This document shows positions 30,757 to 41,308 of a stretch of 64,000 nt of DNA, piece by piece. Position 1 is the stretch's first letter; the number at the start of each line of letters is the position of its first letter. Made by a program: the position numbers and the translations under genes. The stretch lies in the NCBI GenBank assembly GCA_963667465.2, contig CAXXDN010000001.1:96001-160000 (forward strand), given 5' to 3'. The stretch is from Dehalococcoidia bacterium (GTDB taxonomy: Bacteria; Chloroflexota; Dehalococcoidia; UBA2979). The notes under the pieces were generated by a model. The model saw only the letters and a program-made list of their open reading frames with translations, was not told where the DNA came from and did no database searches.

Positions 30757-32202
30757 CTAGATGTAGACGCCGGGCGTCGCGAGGTGCTGGCGCAGCTCGG
30801 CGGCGTGCCCGGAGGCGCAGCCGTGCCCGGAGGGCATCACCTTGCAGGGGTTGAAGGTGTCACCCGTGCCGAACGCGATGCGCAGGCGCTCCATCGCCTC
30901 GAGGTCCGGGGGGGCGAAGATCCACTCCATGTAGGAGCGCTTCTCGAGGCCAATGCCGTGCTCGCCGGTGATCGAGCCGCCCGCCTCGACGCAGATGCGC
31001 ATGATCTCCCCGCCGAGGTCGAGCACGCGCTCCGTCGCACCCTCGTCGAGCTCGTCGAACATGATGTTGGGGTGCAGGTTGCCGTCGCCGGCGTGGAAGA
31101 TGTTGGCGCAGCGGAAGCCGTACTCATCGGCCAGCCCGTTCACCGCCGCCATCACCTCCGGCAGCTTCGTGCGCGGCACCACGCCGTCGAGGATGTAGAA
31201 GTTCGGCGAACTGGCGCCGATCGCGCCGATCCCGCCCTTGCGGCCCTCCCAGAGCCGCGCGCGCTCCTCCTCGGATTCGGCGACGCGGATCTCGCGCGCG
31301 CCCGCGCCGCGGCACGCCGCGTCGACGCGCTCGACGTCGGCGGCGACCGACTCCGGGACGCCCTCGACCTCGATCAGCAGCACCGCGCCGGCGTCGAGCG
31401 GGTAGCCGACGTGCATCTGCGGCTCGACGATGCGGATGATCGCCTGGTCCAGCATCTCCATCGCCACCGGCAGCACGCCGCCGCGAATCACCGCCGAAAC
31501 CGCCTCCGAGGCGTCGTCGATGCTGTCGAAGATCGCGAGCATGGTGCGCACATCGGGCGGCAGGCTGACGAGCGCGACGCAGACCTTGGTGACGATGCCG
31601 AGCGTGCCTTCCGAGCCGCAAAGGATGCCGCGCAGGTCCGGTCCCGGCACGTCCGGCTGCCGCCCGCCGAGCCAGGTCAGCCGCCCGTCCGGCAGGACCA
31701 CCTCGATGCCAAGCACGTGGTTGACGGTGCTGCCGTGCGCGAGCGTGTGCGGCCCGCCGGCGTTCGTCCCGACGTTGCCGCCGATGGTGCAGATGCGCTG
31801 CGAGGAGGGGTCGGGCGCGTAGCGCAACCCGAACTCGGCGCTGCGGTCTTGCAAGTCGAGGTTGATCACCCCCGGCTCGAGGACGGCGATGCGGTTGACC
31901 GGGTCCAGTTCGAGGATGCGGTTCATGCGCGTCATCACGAGCGCCACACCGCCGAGGATCGGCACCGCGCCGCCCGCCAGCCCCGTCCCGGAGCCTCGAG
32001 GCACCACCGGCACGCGGTGCCGGCTTGCGATCTCGACCGCCGCCGCGACCTCCTCGGCGCTGCCGGGGAGCACAACCGCGTCGGGACGCGCGCGCTCGAT
32101 CGTCGCGTCGTATTCGTAGCCGATGAGATCCTCGGGCAGGTGCAGGACGTGCGCCTCGCCGAGGGCGTCCTGCAGCTCGCGGATCAGCGCCTCGTTCGCC
32201 AT
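30757..32202 (-). CDS. glcD: Glycolate oxidase subunit (FAD-linked oxidase)
   Basis: PRGSGTGLAGG, PDPSSQRICTIGGN, HAGDGNLHP, GEHGIG. Confidence 0.92.
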   Translation of the reverse strand: MANEALIRELQDALGEAHVLHLPEDLIGYEYDATIERARPDAVVLPGSAEEVAAAVEIASRHRVPVVPRGSGTGLAGGAVPILGGVALVMTRMNRILELDPVNRIAVLEPGVINLDLQDRSAEFGLRYAPDPSSQRICTIGGNVGTNAGGPHTLAHGSTVNHVLGIEVVLPDGRLTWLGGRQPDVPGPDLRGILCGSEGTLGIVTKVCVALVSLPPDVRTMLAIFDSIDDASEAVSAVIRGGVLPVAMEMLDQAIIRIVEPQMHVGYPLDAGAVLLIEVEGVPESVAADVERVDAACRGAGAREIRVAESEEERARLWEGRKGGIGAIGASSPNFYILDGVVPRTKLPEVMAAVNGLADEYGFRCANIFHAGDGNLHPNIMFDELDEGATERVLDLGGEIMRICVEAGGSITGEHGIGLEKRSYMEWIFAPPDLEAMERLRIAFGTGDTFNPCKVMPSGHGCASGHAAELRQHLATPGVYI

Positions 32203-32251
32203 GCAGCGAGTCTAGCACCGGACGGTGTTGCGCCCTCTCACGCGGTGCGGG

Positions 32252-32545
32252 CGCTCGCCATGCTGACTCCCGGCCTCCGAATCCCCTCTCCCCCGGCGGG
32301 AGAGGGTGACGGTGAGGGGGACTCCGGCGCAGCCGGAGCACACGAGCACCGATGGGGCTACGCCCGCACGCCCGCCTTCCGCAACGCTCCGGGTATCCGG
32401 CTCCTTTCCCCGAGGGCGAGGGCGAGGGTGAGGACGCTCGCCATGCTGACTCCCGGCCTCCGATCCCCTCTCCCCCCGGCGGGAGAGGGCGAGGGTGAGG
32501 GGGACTCCGGCGCAGCCGGAGCACGCGACCACCGGTGGGGGTGAG
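32252..32545. repeat. Duplicated ~100-bp composite repeat containing the BoxC-like palindrome
   Basis: CGCTCGCCATGCTGACTCCCGGCCTCCGA..CCCCTCTCCCCC.GGCGGGAGAGGG...GGTGAGGGGGACTCCGGCGCAGCCGGAGCAC at ~32252 and ~32435; its tail also matches 24843-24905. Confidence 0.88.
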
Positions 32546-32649
32546 GGCGCACGCCATGCGAACTCCCGGCTCGATGGTTCGGACCGCCCTCCCAGGAGCC
32601 CACGAGCATGACGTGCAAGAGACAGTGAAGTAGGGACTCCGGCGCAGCC

Positions 32650-33678
32650 CTACCCGCCCGCGAGGCCCGGACCGGCCACCTCGCCGGCGGCGGTCACGAC
32701 GACGTCGGCGTAACTACCGCCGCTCAGCCGCGCGCCCGGCTCGACGAGGGCGCGGATGAGCTCGGCGTCCTCGATCGCGGCGTTCGCGCCGACGACCGTC
32801 TCCGCGAGGCTGCAGCCCTCGACCGTCGCGCGCGCGCCGATCAGCGCGGGGCCGGCGATGCGCGATTCGCGGACGCGCGCGCCGTCCGCAACGACCACCG
32901 CGCCGCTGACCTCGTTGCCGACTGCGGCGAGGGCGGACGAGTCGCCGCCCGCGATACCCGGCAACAGGCGCGACTGGGCGTGCAGCAGCCCCTCGAGCGT
33001 GCCGCCGTCGAGCCACTCGCCGTCGAGTGTCCAGCCGCGCAGGTCGCGGCCCTCCTCGAGCAGCAGCGCGACGGTCGCCGTAAGGTCGGACTCGCCCCTG
33101 GCGTTGATGAACGGGTTGGTGCGCACGCGCTCGACGGCCTCCGGCGCGAGCAGCCAGAGCCCGACCAGCGCGAGGTCGGAGCGCGGCTGCTCCGGCTTCT
33201 CCTCGAGGTCCAGGATCCGATCGCCCTCGAGCAACGCGACCCCGAAGGCGCGAGGATCCGCGACGGCCTGCAGCAGCAGCCCGGCGGTCGCATCCGACTC
33301 CCCGAAGCGCCGCAGCAGCTCCGGATCGGCGCCGCTCAGCACCGTGTCGACGGCCAGCACGGCGACCGTGCGGTCCTCGAGCGCCGCGCCGACCGAGGCG
33401 ACGGCGTCGCCGGGCCCATTCGGCTCGCGCTGCACGGCCTCGGAAACCGCGACGCCCGGCGGCGCGTGGCTGCGCGCGACCTCGGCGGTCGTCGCGTCCT
33501 CCGGCCCGACGACGACGGCGATCTCGCGCAAGCCGAGCGAGGCGAGCAGGTCGAGGGCGTAGCCGATCAGCGGCCGGTTGAGCAGCGGGACGAGCGGCTT
33601 CGGTGTATGCGGCGTGAGCGGACGCAGCCGCGTCCCCAGCCCCGCCGTCAGCACCACCCCGAGCGGCTCCCGCGCCAT
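32650..33678 (-). CDS. Sugar-phosphate nucleotidyltransferase (G1P thymidylyltransferase-like)
   Basis: AGLGTRLRPLT...PKPLVP, EEKP, WLDGG, C-terminal beta-helix-like repeats. Confidence 0.88.
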   Translation of the reverse strand: MAREPLGVVLTAGLGTRLRPLTPHTPKPLVPLLNRPLIGYALDLLASLGLREIAVVVGPEDATTAEVARSHAPPGVAVSEAVQREPNGPGDAVASVGAALEDRTVAVLAVDTVLSGADPELLRRFGESDATAGLLLQAVADPRAFGVALLEGDRILDLEEKPEQPRSDLALVGLWLLAPEAVERVRTNPFINARGESDLTATVALLLEEGRDLRGWTLDGEWLDGGTLEGLLHAQSRLLPGIAGGDSSALAAVGNEVSGAVVVADGARVRESRIAGPALIGARATVEGCSLAETVVGANAAIEDAELIRALVEPGARLSGGSYADVVVTAAGEVAGPGLAGG

Positions 33679-33922
33679 CGTCCGCCCTCCTCCACCGCAG
33701 CATGGCACCGCGGGGCGAGCGCGTCGAATGCGGGGTGGGGTCGGGCTTAACGGGGTGCATGCGCGCAATGGCGATGATGCCCGCACTAGCGGACAGCCTC
33801 CCGGCGGCGCTCCCCGCATCGCCCAGCGACTTCCAGGAGGCGGAATGAATGCGGAGTCCGGGAGCGAGCACGGGGACACGCCGCTGCTATCCTGGACGGG
33901 TCCGCACATGGAGGCGCCCGCC

Positions 33923-34138
33923 ATGGTGACCCGCCGCGACGCCGAGGAGATCGCCCGCCTCGGCGACACGATCTGCCAGCGCGACATCCGGAGCGAGGTC
34001 GAGGACGCCCACGACGGAGATTTCGTCGCCATCGATGTCGAAAGCGGAAGCTGGGCTCTTGCGGGGAGCGAGCTTGATGCAGCGGAGCGCCTGCGGGAGC
34101 GTCAGCCGGACGGCGGCAAGTCCACGCGCCCCACATAG
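33923..34138 (+). CDS. Small hypothetical protein (EIARLGD...FVAIDVESG family), possibly C-terminally truncated
   Basis: EEIARLGDTICQRDIRSEVE...GDFVAIDVESG; TATCCT -10 and GGAGG upstream. Confidence 0.55.
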   Translation: MVTRRDAEEIARLGDTICQRDIRSEVEDAHDGDFVAIDVESGSWALAGSELDAAERLRERQPDGGKSTRPT

Positions 34139-34212
34139 CCGCCGCACACCGCGCATCGCGCGAGTCGCTATCATCGCCGCGGCGCCCGGCACGCGGCGCC
34201 GGCGGGGGCGAG

Positions 34213-36624
34213 ATGCTGCTGCGAGGGCTCAACGTCGTCGAGGTGTCAGCGAGCGGGGCTGCCGCGTGGACGGCCACCGGCCTCGCCGACTGGGGCGCGA
34301 ACGTCGTCGTCCTCGAGCCGCCCGAAGGTACGCCGCTGCGCGAGGAGCCACCGTGGTACGAGCGCGACGGCGAGCGCCGCAGCGCAACCTGGCAGTGGCT
34401 CTCGCGCGGCAAGACCGTCGTCGCCGTCGGGCCCGGCCAGGCGACGACGCCCGAGGACGCGCTCGCGCTCTGCCGCGAGGCCGATCTTGTCGTCGCCGAG
34501 CACGAACCGCTGGCCGCGCTGCTCGGCCTCGACCCTTCCGAGCTGCGACCCGCGCTCGAGGGCGAGACCGCCGTCGTGCGCATCGCCGCGTTCGCGCCGG
34601 ACGGGCCGTACGCGCACTACCGCGCGACGGACCTGGGGATCTGCTCGCTGGGCGGCTGGACCGGGATGCTCGGCGCGCCCGACCGCTATCCCCTGCGCCC
34701 GGCGGGCGACCTGGGGACGCGCGCGACGGGCCTGCACGCGCTCGCCGCCTCGCTGGTCGCGCTGCGCCATCGCGAGAGTGGCGCTGCGCCCTCGTTCGTC
34801 GAGGTCTCGGCGCAGGCGGTCGCCGCCTCGCTGCTGACGAGCCCGTGGCTGGCCTGGAGCATGTTCGGGAACTCGGGCTTCCGCCGCGCAGCGAGCTGGC
34901 CGAATGCCTCCGTACGCTGCAAGGACGGCCACGTCGGCATCCTCCCGCTCACCCACCAGCACTGGGCCTCGCTCTGCGAGCTGACCGGCATCGCCGACGT
35001 GCTCGACGAGCCGGGCGGGCGCGAACTGGCCTACCGCCAGCAGCACGGCGCCGAGCTCTGGGAGCGCGTCCGCGGCTGGTACGAGGCGCGCACGCGCGAG
35101 CAGGTCTACATGGCCGGCCAGTCCGTGCGCGTGCCCTCGGGGCCCTGCGACAGCGTCTCGCAGCGCCTGACCGACGAGCACCTCGCAGCGCGCGGCTTCT
35201 TCGAGCGCGCGGTGGTCGACGGGGTGACGCTGCAGGCGCCCCGCGTCCCCTACCGCATCGCCGGAGCGCCGCCGCTACCGCGCGGCGCGGCAGTCGAGGA
35301 GCCACGCGCGAGCTTCGTCGGGGGCGGGGAACCCCCGCACCCTCACCCGCTCCCGCCAGGGGAGCGGGGGCCGGAGGAGGCCGAGCCGCCGACGCTGCCG
35401 CTCGAGGGCGTGCGCGTGATCGACCTGACGTGGTTCTGGTCCGGCCCCCACGCCACGATGAACCTCGGCATGTTCGGGGCCGACGTGATCAAGGTGGAGT
35501 CGGTGAGCCGGCCGGACTCCTACCGCTTCACGGGCAGCGCCGGAGAGGGCGAGCGCCCCTGGGAGCGCAACTACCTCTGGAACGACTCCAACCAGAACAA
35601 GCGCGGACTCACGCTCGACCTCAACACGGAGACCGGGCGAGGGCTCTTCGAGCGGCTGCTGCGCGAAGGCGACGTGGTGATCAGCAACTTCTCCAACCGG
35701 GTGCTGCCCAACCTCGGCTACACCGCGGGGCGTTTGCACGAGATCAACCCGCAGCTGATCAGCGTCACGATGCCGGGCTACGGCCCGGACGGACCATGGG
35801 GCGATTTCGTCGGCTTCGGCAGCACCTTCGAGCAGGCCGTCGTCGGAGCGATGAACGGCTACCCCGATGACGACCAGCCGCGCCTGATCGGCGGCGCCTG
35901 CGACCCGATCGTCGGCATGAACGCCGTCGTCGCCGTGTTGCTGGCGTTGCGCCACCGCGAGCAGTCCGGCCTCGGAACCACGGTCGAGGTGCCGCAGTGC
36001 GAGGCTCTGGACGCGCTGCTCGGGCCGGAGCACGTCGCCGTGCAGCACGGCGCGCCCGACCCCGGCCTGTGCGGCAACAAGCACGACCGCATGGCCCCGC
36101 ACGAGGTCTACGCGACCGCCGGCGAGGACGACTGGATCAGCATCGCCGTCGACGGCGATGAGGAGTTCGCCGCCCTCGCGAGCGCCCTCGGGCAGGCCGG
36201 GTGGGCGGACGACGAGCGCTTCGCGAGCGCCGCGGCGCGCAAGGCCAACGAGGGCGAGCTCGACGAGCTCGTCGCGAACGCCGTGCGCGAGCGCGATGCG
36301 GTCGAGCTGGAAGCGGCGCTGCAGGCGGTGGGGGTGGCAGGCTGCCGCGTGACGCCGCCGCACCAGTTGACGGAGGACGTGGGCCTGCGGCACTTCGGCT
36401 TCTTCCAGGAGCTGACGCGCGAAGTCACCGGCACGCACCTCTACAAGACCTTCCCCTTCCGCTTCAGCGCCTTCCCCGTCGCCCACCGCCGCGTGGCGCC
36501 GCTGCTCGGCGAGCACAACCGCGAGCTGCTGTCCGAACTGCTCGGCCTCGGCGACGACGCGCTCGACGCCCTCGAGGCGACGGGCGAGATCGGCACGCTG
36601 CCGTCCTGGTCGCCGACGCCGTAG
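34213..36624 (+). CDS. Family III CoA-transferase, tandem double CaiB/BaiF domain
   Basis: LADWGANVVVLEPPEG; second domain LEGVRVIDLT..WSGP..GADVIKVES, NQNKRGLTLDL, APLLGEHN. Confidence 0.92.
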   Translation: MLLRGLNVVEVSASGAAAWTATGLADWGANVVVLEPPEGTPLREEPPWYERDGERRSATWQWLSRGKTVVAVGPGQATTPEDALALCREADLVVAEHEPLAALLGLDPSELRPALEGETAVVRIAAFAPDGPYAHYRATDLGICSLGGWTGMLGAPDRYPLRPAGDLGTRATGLHALAASLVALRHRESGAAPSFVEVSAQAVAASLLTSPWLAWSMFGNSGFRRAASWPNASVRCKDGHVGILPLTHQHWASLCELTGIADVLDEPGGRELAYRQQHGAELWERVRGWYEARTREQVYMAGQSVRVPSGPCDSVSQRLTDEHLAARGFFERAVVDGVTLQAPRVPYRIAGAPPLPRGAAVEEPRASFVGGGEPPHPHPLPPGERGPEEAEPPTLPLEGVRVIDLTWFWSGPHATMNLGMFGADVIKVESVSRPDSYRFTGSAGEGERPWERNYLWNDSNQNKRGLTLDLNTETGRGLFERLLREGDVVISNFSNRVLPNLGYTAGRLHEINPQLISVTMPGYGPDGPWGDFVGFGSTFEQAVVGAMNGYPDDDQPRLIGGACDPIVGMNAVVAVLLALRHREQSGLGTTVEVPQCEALDALLGPEHVAVQHGAPDPGLCGNKHDRMAPHEVYATAGEDDWISIAVDGDEEFAALASALGQAGWADDERFASAAARKANEGELDELVANAVRERDAVELEAALQAVGVAGCRVTPPHQLTEDVGLRHFGFFQELTREVTGTHLYKTFPFRFSAFPVAHRRVAPLLGEHNRELLSELLGLGDDALDALEATGEIGTLPSWSPTP
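35332..35370 (+). repeat. BoxC-like repeat in frame inside the CoA-transferase linker
   Basis: CCCCCGCACCCTCACCCGCTCCCGCCAGGGGAGCGGGGG encoding PPHPHPLPPGERG. Confidence 0.75.
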
Positions 36625-36651
36625 CGGCGAGCGCCGGGGTATCCTCGGGCC

Positions 36652-37272
36652 ATGGTGACGACGACCGACCTGGTGAATCCCGGGCTGAAGGAGTGGGCGG
36701 TCGTCGTGCGCGCGCTGCGCGACGGGCGGCAGATCATCGATCTGCGCAAGGGCGGCATCCGCGAGGAAGGCCACCGCTTCCGCGTGCGCGCCTCGCGCTT
36801 CTGGCTCTACGAGAGCTACGAGCACCAGCGTCCGGAGCTGATCCGCCCCTCGGAGCGCCCGCTCATCGAGGCCGTCGCGGCCTCGGCGCCGCCAACGGGC
36901 GAGTTGCGCGTCGACGCCTGGGCGGAGATCGAGGAGGCGGCGGCGCTGAGCGAGCCGGAACAGGTAGCGGCGCTGGACGGACAGCACATCTGGACCTCGG
37001 ACTACGCCGAGCAGCGCTTCCGCTGGCGCCCGAAGGCGCCGCTGATCGTGCTCGTGCTGCGCGTCCACCGCCTCGCCGAGCCGCTCACCGTGCCGGTACG
37101 CGAGCACTACGCCGGCTGCACCTCGTGGACCCCGATGTCCGACCTCCCGCCCGACCCGCGCGAAGCCGCCTCAACCCCGGTGCTCGACGCCGCCACGTTC
37201 GCGGAGCGCCGCGCCTCTCTGCACGCCGCGCTGCCCGGCATCTCCTTCGGGCCGCCCCGGATCGAGGCATAG
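36652..37272 (+). CDS. DUF1802 family protein
   Basis: LKEWAVVVRAL..GRQII.LRKGGI.E, YEHQ, Y.GC.SW. Confidence 0.9.
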   Translation: MVTTTDLVNPGLKEWAVVVRALRDGRQIIDLRKGGIREEGHRFRVRASRFWLYESYEHQRPELIRPSERPLIEAVAASAPPTGELRVDAWAEIEEAAALSEPEQVAALDGQHIWTSDYAEQRFRWRPKAPLIVLVLRVHRLAEPLTVPVREHYAGCTSWTPMSDLPPDPREAASTPVLDAATFAERRASLHAALPGISFGPPRIEA

Positions 37273-37357
37273 CAGATCGAGGGGTAGCGCCGGGGAGCGC
37301 CCTCAGAAGCCTCTTGCGCCCTCGGCAGTTCCGCTGCCTTCAGGGTGTGCGCGCCGT

Positions 37358-37616
37358 TCCCCTCACCCCCACCCTCTCTCCCGCCAGGGGAGAGGGGGCC
37401 GGATCGGCCACGACAGTCGCGTGCGCCTGATCGTGCGGATGGGTGGGCGGGAGCGGCGCGCCAGCACACGCTCGTCCGCCGCTCGCCGTGCACGAGCCCA
37501 CGGGGCGCAACCACCGATCGAGGCGGGCGTAGCGCCGGGGCGCCTCCTCACCCCCCCCTCTCCCGCCGGGGGGAGAGGGGGCCGGATTCGCCTCGACAGT
37601 CGCGTGCGCCGATCGG
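37358..37616. repeat. Two BoxC-like copies sharing the tail CCGGAT.CG..CGACAGTCGCGTGCGCC
   Basis: Units at ~37358-37434 and ~37543-37616. Confidence 0.8.
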
Positions 37617-37636
37617 AAGCGGGTGGCGGCGGGGTG

Positions 37637-38386
37637 CTAGCCGCCGGTCCAGACGGGGTCGCGCTTCTCGGCGAAGGCCTTCGGGCCCTCCTTCGAGTCC
37701 TCCGAGGCGTGCACGACCTTGCTCACCCAGGCGCCGAGGCGCAGCGCCTCGTCGACCTTCGCCAGCCGCCACTCCTGGATCTGCGCCTTCGTGCCCTCCA
37801 CGGAGAGCGGGGCGTTCTCGATGATTAGCTCGGCGATCTCGATCGCGCGAGGCATCAGCGCCTCCGGCTCCAGCACCTCGGTCACGATGCCCCACTTCAG
37901 CGCCTGCTCCGGCTCGATCCGGTCCGCGGTGAGCAGGATGTAGTTGGCGGCCGAGAGCCCGATCACCCTCGCGAGGTGCTTCGTGGCGTAGCCCGCCATG
38001 ATCCCGCGCTTCGGCTCGAACAGGCCGAAGTAGGACTCCGTCGAGCAGATCCGGATGTCGCAATCGAGCGCGGTCTCCATCCCGCCGCCCACGGCGAGCC
38101 CGTTGATCGCCGCGATGAACGGCTTCGGGTTCCCCGAGTAGGGATAGGTCGCCTCGAATTGCCCCTTGAAGGTGCCCTCGGCCATCTCCCGGAGGTCGCC
38201 TCCGGCGCAGAAGGCGCGCCCGGAGCCGGTCACGATGCCCACGCGCATCTTCGGGTCTTCGGTGAAGTCCTCGACCGCTTCGGTCAGCTGGTTGATCAGC
38301 TCGCCGCCGAGGGCGTTGAGCCGCTCGGGGCGGTTGTAGGTGAAGATCGCGTAGTCGTCGCGCTTGTCGTAGATCAGGTCCGGCAT
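37637..38386 (-). CDS. Enoyl-CoA hydratase/isomerase
   Basis: NRPERLNAL, AFCAGGDL, KPFIAAINGLAVGGGME, EGPKAFAEKR. Confidence 0.93.
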   Translation of the reverse strand: MPDLIYDKRDDYAIFTYNRPERLNALGGELINQLTEAVEDFTEDPKMRVGIVTGSGRAFCAGGDLREMAEGTFKGQFEATYPYSGNPKPFIAAINGLAVGGGMETALDCDIRICSTESYFGLFEPKRGIMAGYATKHLARVIGLSAANYILLTADRIEPEQALKWGIVTEVLEPEALMPRAIEIAELIIENAPLSVEGTKAQIQEWRLAKVDEALRLGAWVSKVVHASEDSKEGPKAFAEKRDPVWTGG

Positions 38387-38480
38387 CGCCGCAGCTCCTC
38401 GCTCGCGCGCGCAGGGTACCCTGTCGGGGCGGCCAGCGGGCAAGCGCCCGGCACAGGCCGCACGCGGGGCGGGCGAGCAG

Positions 38481-39055
38481 ATGGCTAACTCGGCGAGCGT
38501 AGCGGAGCACCTCGACCTCGAGAGCCTCGAGGCCGGACTCGACGAGATTCGCCGCTCTCCGGCGGACGGCGGCGCGCTGTTGATGATCGTGCGGCGGCCC
38601 GGCATCGACGGACGCGAGGTCGTCGAGGCTGGCAGCCTCGACGTCGCGGCCGGCCTCACCGGGGACAGCTGGCAGGACCGCCCTAGTAGCAGCAGCGCCG
38701 ACGGCGGACCGCATCCCCTCGCGCAGGTGACGATCATCAACTCGCGCATGCTCGACCTCGTGGCGCGGTCGCGGGAGCGCTGGCCGCTCGCGGGCGACCA
38801 GCTCGTCGTCGACCTCGATCTGAGCGCGGAGAACCTCCCGCCCGGGACGCGGCTCTCGATCGGGTCCGCGGTGATCGAGGTGACGGAGAAGCCGCACACC
38901 GGCTGCCTCAAGTTCGCATCGCGCTTCGGCCACGATGCGCTGCGCTTCGTCAGCACCCCGCTGGCCATGGCGCTGCGCCTCCGAGGCGTGAACACCCGTG
39001 TCGTGCAGTCGGGCACGATCCGCGCCGGAGACACGGTCGCCAGGATCGCGGCGCC

Positions 39056-39059
<4 letters not shown>
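38481..39059 (+). CDS. MOSC domain protein
   Basis: GDQLVVDLDLS, PHTGCLKFASRFG, RLRGVNTRVV. Confidence 0.88.
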
Positions 39060-39529
<470 letters not shown>

Positions 39530-39589
39530 GCGGCGCGACCCCCTCCAATACGGTGGACATATTGATGCGTGTCTGAGATGCTTTGATGC

Positions 39590-39829
39590 ATGCGAACGAC
39601 GGTGCGCCTTGACGATGTATTGCTGCGGGAGGCAAAGGAGCACGCTGCCCGCAGCGGATGCACGCTCACCGCACTCATTGAGGACGCGTTGCGGCGCGCG
39701 CTCGCCGAGGCGAAGCGCCGCCCCGAACGTCCACCCCCGAACCTTCCTACGTTCCGTGGTGACGGGCTTCAGCCCGGTGTCGATCTCGACGACTCCGCCG
39801 CTCTGCTCGACCTGTTGGAGGGCCGGTGA
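39590..39829 (+). CDS. vapB: VapB-like RHH antitoxin
   Basis: MRTTVRLDD.LL..AK...GVDLDDSAALLDLLE; overlaps the vapC start. Confidence 0.85.
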   Translation: MRTTVRLDDVLLREAKEHAARSGCTLTALIEDALRRALAEAKRRPERPPPNLPTFRGDGLQPGVDLDDSAALLDLLEGR

Positions 39830-40257
39830 TTCTCGTCGACGTGAATGTCCTCATCTACGCGCACCGCGAGGACGCCGACCGGCATGACGAGTACGCGAAC
39901 TGGCTCCGGGAACAGGCAACGGCCGAGACCGCCTTCGGGATAAGCGACCTGATCCTGAGTGGCTTCGTTAGAGTCGTGACGCATCCGCGGATCTTCAAGA
40001 CTCCCAGCCCGCTCCCCGCTGCGCTCACCTTCGCGAACTCGCTCCGCGCGCTTCCGAACGCCTTGCCGGTCTCACCGGGTGAGCGCCACTGGGGCATCTT
40101 CACGGGACTCTGCGAGGCGGCCGGCGCCCGGGGGAACCTCGTTCCCGACGCGTACCTGGCGGCCCTCGCAATCGAGTCCGGCGCCGAGTGGATTACCACG
40201 GACCGCGACTTCAGCCGCTTCCCGGGCCTGCGCTGGCGCGGCCCCCTCGCCGGCTAG
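39826..40257 (+). CDS. vapC: VapC PIN-domain toxin
   Basis: LVDVNVLIYA, GNLVPDAYLAALAIE, TTDRDFSRF. Confidence 0.93.
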   Translation: MILVDVNVLIYAHREDADRHDEYANWLREQATAETAFGISDLILSGFVRVVTHPRIFKTPSPLPAALTFANSLRALPNALPVSPGERHWGIFTGLCEAAGARGNLVPDAYLAALAIESGAEWITTDRDFSRFPGLRWRGPLAG

Positions 40258-40768
40258 AGCCCGGAGCACCCTCGCCCTGCACCGCCAACCCCGCCACCAC
40301 CTCCGCGTTGGCCAGCCGCAGCAGCGCCGCGGGCGCGACGGAGAGCTTCGTCGAGCGGCCGCCGCCGCCCACGATCACCGCGTCGAGGTCCATGACCCGC
40401 TCGTCGATGTAGAGCGGGAGGCCGGCGGGCAGGCCGAACGGGGTGACGCCGCCGATCAGCATTCCGGTCAGCTCGCGCGTCTGCTCGGGCGATGCGAACG
40501 AGGCCTTGCGTACGCCCAACAGCGGGCGCACCGCGTGGTTGACGTCGAGCCGCGTGGTCGCCAGCACCACGCAGGCGCAGTAGCGCAGCTCGCCGCGCCT
40601 GGAGACGACGATGATCGTGTTGCCGGAGGTCTCCGGCGGGTAGCCGTAGTGCTCGCAGAACGCTGCCGTGTCCGCCAGCTCCGGATCCACCTCGATCAGC
40701 TCGTAGGGCTCGCCGAGGGCCTCGAGCGCCGCGAGGGCGCGCGCCGCCGGGTCGTCGTTCGATGTCAT
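40211..40768 (-). CDS. YbaK/EbsC aminoacyl-tRNA deacylase-like protein
   Basis: DPELADTAAFC, ASFAS, TGMLIGGVTPFGLP, GGGRSTK. Confidence 0.85.
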   Translation of the reverse strand: MTSNDDPAARALAALEALGEPYELIEVDPELADTAAFCEHYGYPPETSGNTIIVVSRRGELRYCACVVLATTRLDVNHAVRPLLGVRKASFASPEQTRELTGMLIGGVTPFGLPAGLPLYIDERVMDLDAVIVGGGGRSTKLSVAPAALLRLANAEVVAGLAVQGEGAPGSSRRGGRASAGPGSG

Positions 40769-40861
40769 CGCTCGCTCCCCTCGCTCCACCGTCGTGCCCC
40801 GGCGCGTTGCGCAGTAGAGCGCATGTGCTACTCTTCTCGCCCAAACTCACCAGGAGGAATC

Positions 40862-41308
40862 ATGCCAGACGTTCAGCCCATCCCGGACGGTTACACCGCG
40901 ATCACGCCCTACCTCGTCGCCGAGGACGCGTCGGGCCTGATCGACTTCCTGACGAACGCCTTCGGCGCCGTCGAGCGCATGCGCATGCCCATGCCCGACG
41001 GCTCCGTCGCCCACGCCGAGGTCGAGATCGGCGGCGCAGCGGTGATGCTCGGCTCCGCGATGCCCCCCGAGTTCCCGCCCACCCAGGCGCAGATCCACCT
41101 CTATGTCGAGGATGTCGACGCTGTCTACGCCCAGGCCGTGAGCGCGGGCGCCACCGCCGTGGCCGAGCCTGAGGACCACTTCTACGGCGAGCGCATCGGT
41201 CGCGTCCTCGATCCCGGCGGCAACGCCTGGTCGATCGCCACGCATGTCGAGAACGTCACGCCCGAGCAGATGGCGGAGCGCATGGCTCAGCTGATGGGCG
41301 AAGGCTAG
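40862..41308 (+). CDS. VOC/PhnB-like glyoxalase family protein
   Basis: IPDGYTAITPYL, HAEVEIG, FYGER..DPGGN.W; AGGAGG RBS. Confidence 0.9.
   Translation: MPDVQPIPDGYTAITPYLVAEDASGLIDFLTNAFGAVERMRMPMPDGSVAHAEVEIGGAAVMLGSAMPPEFPPTQAQIHLYVEDVDAVYAQAVSAGATAVAEPEDHFYGERIGRVLDPGGNAWSIATHVENVTPEQMAERMAQLMGEG

Noticed and set aside
40079-41308. 409-aa ORF
   Set aside because: The real gene starts at ATG 40862 with an AGGAGG RBS; the upstream part overlaps vapC and ybaK.
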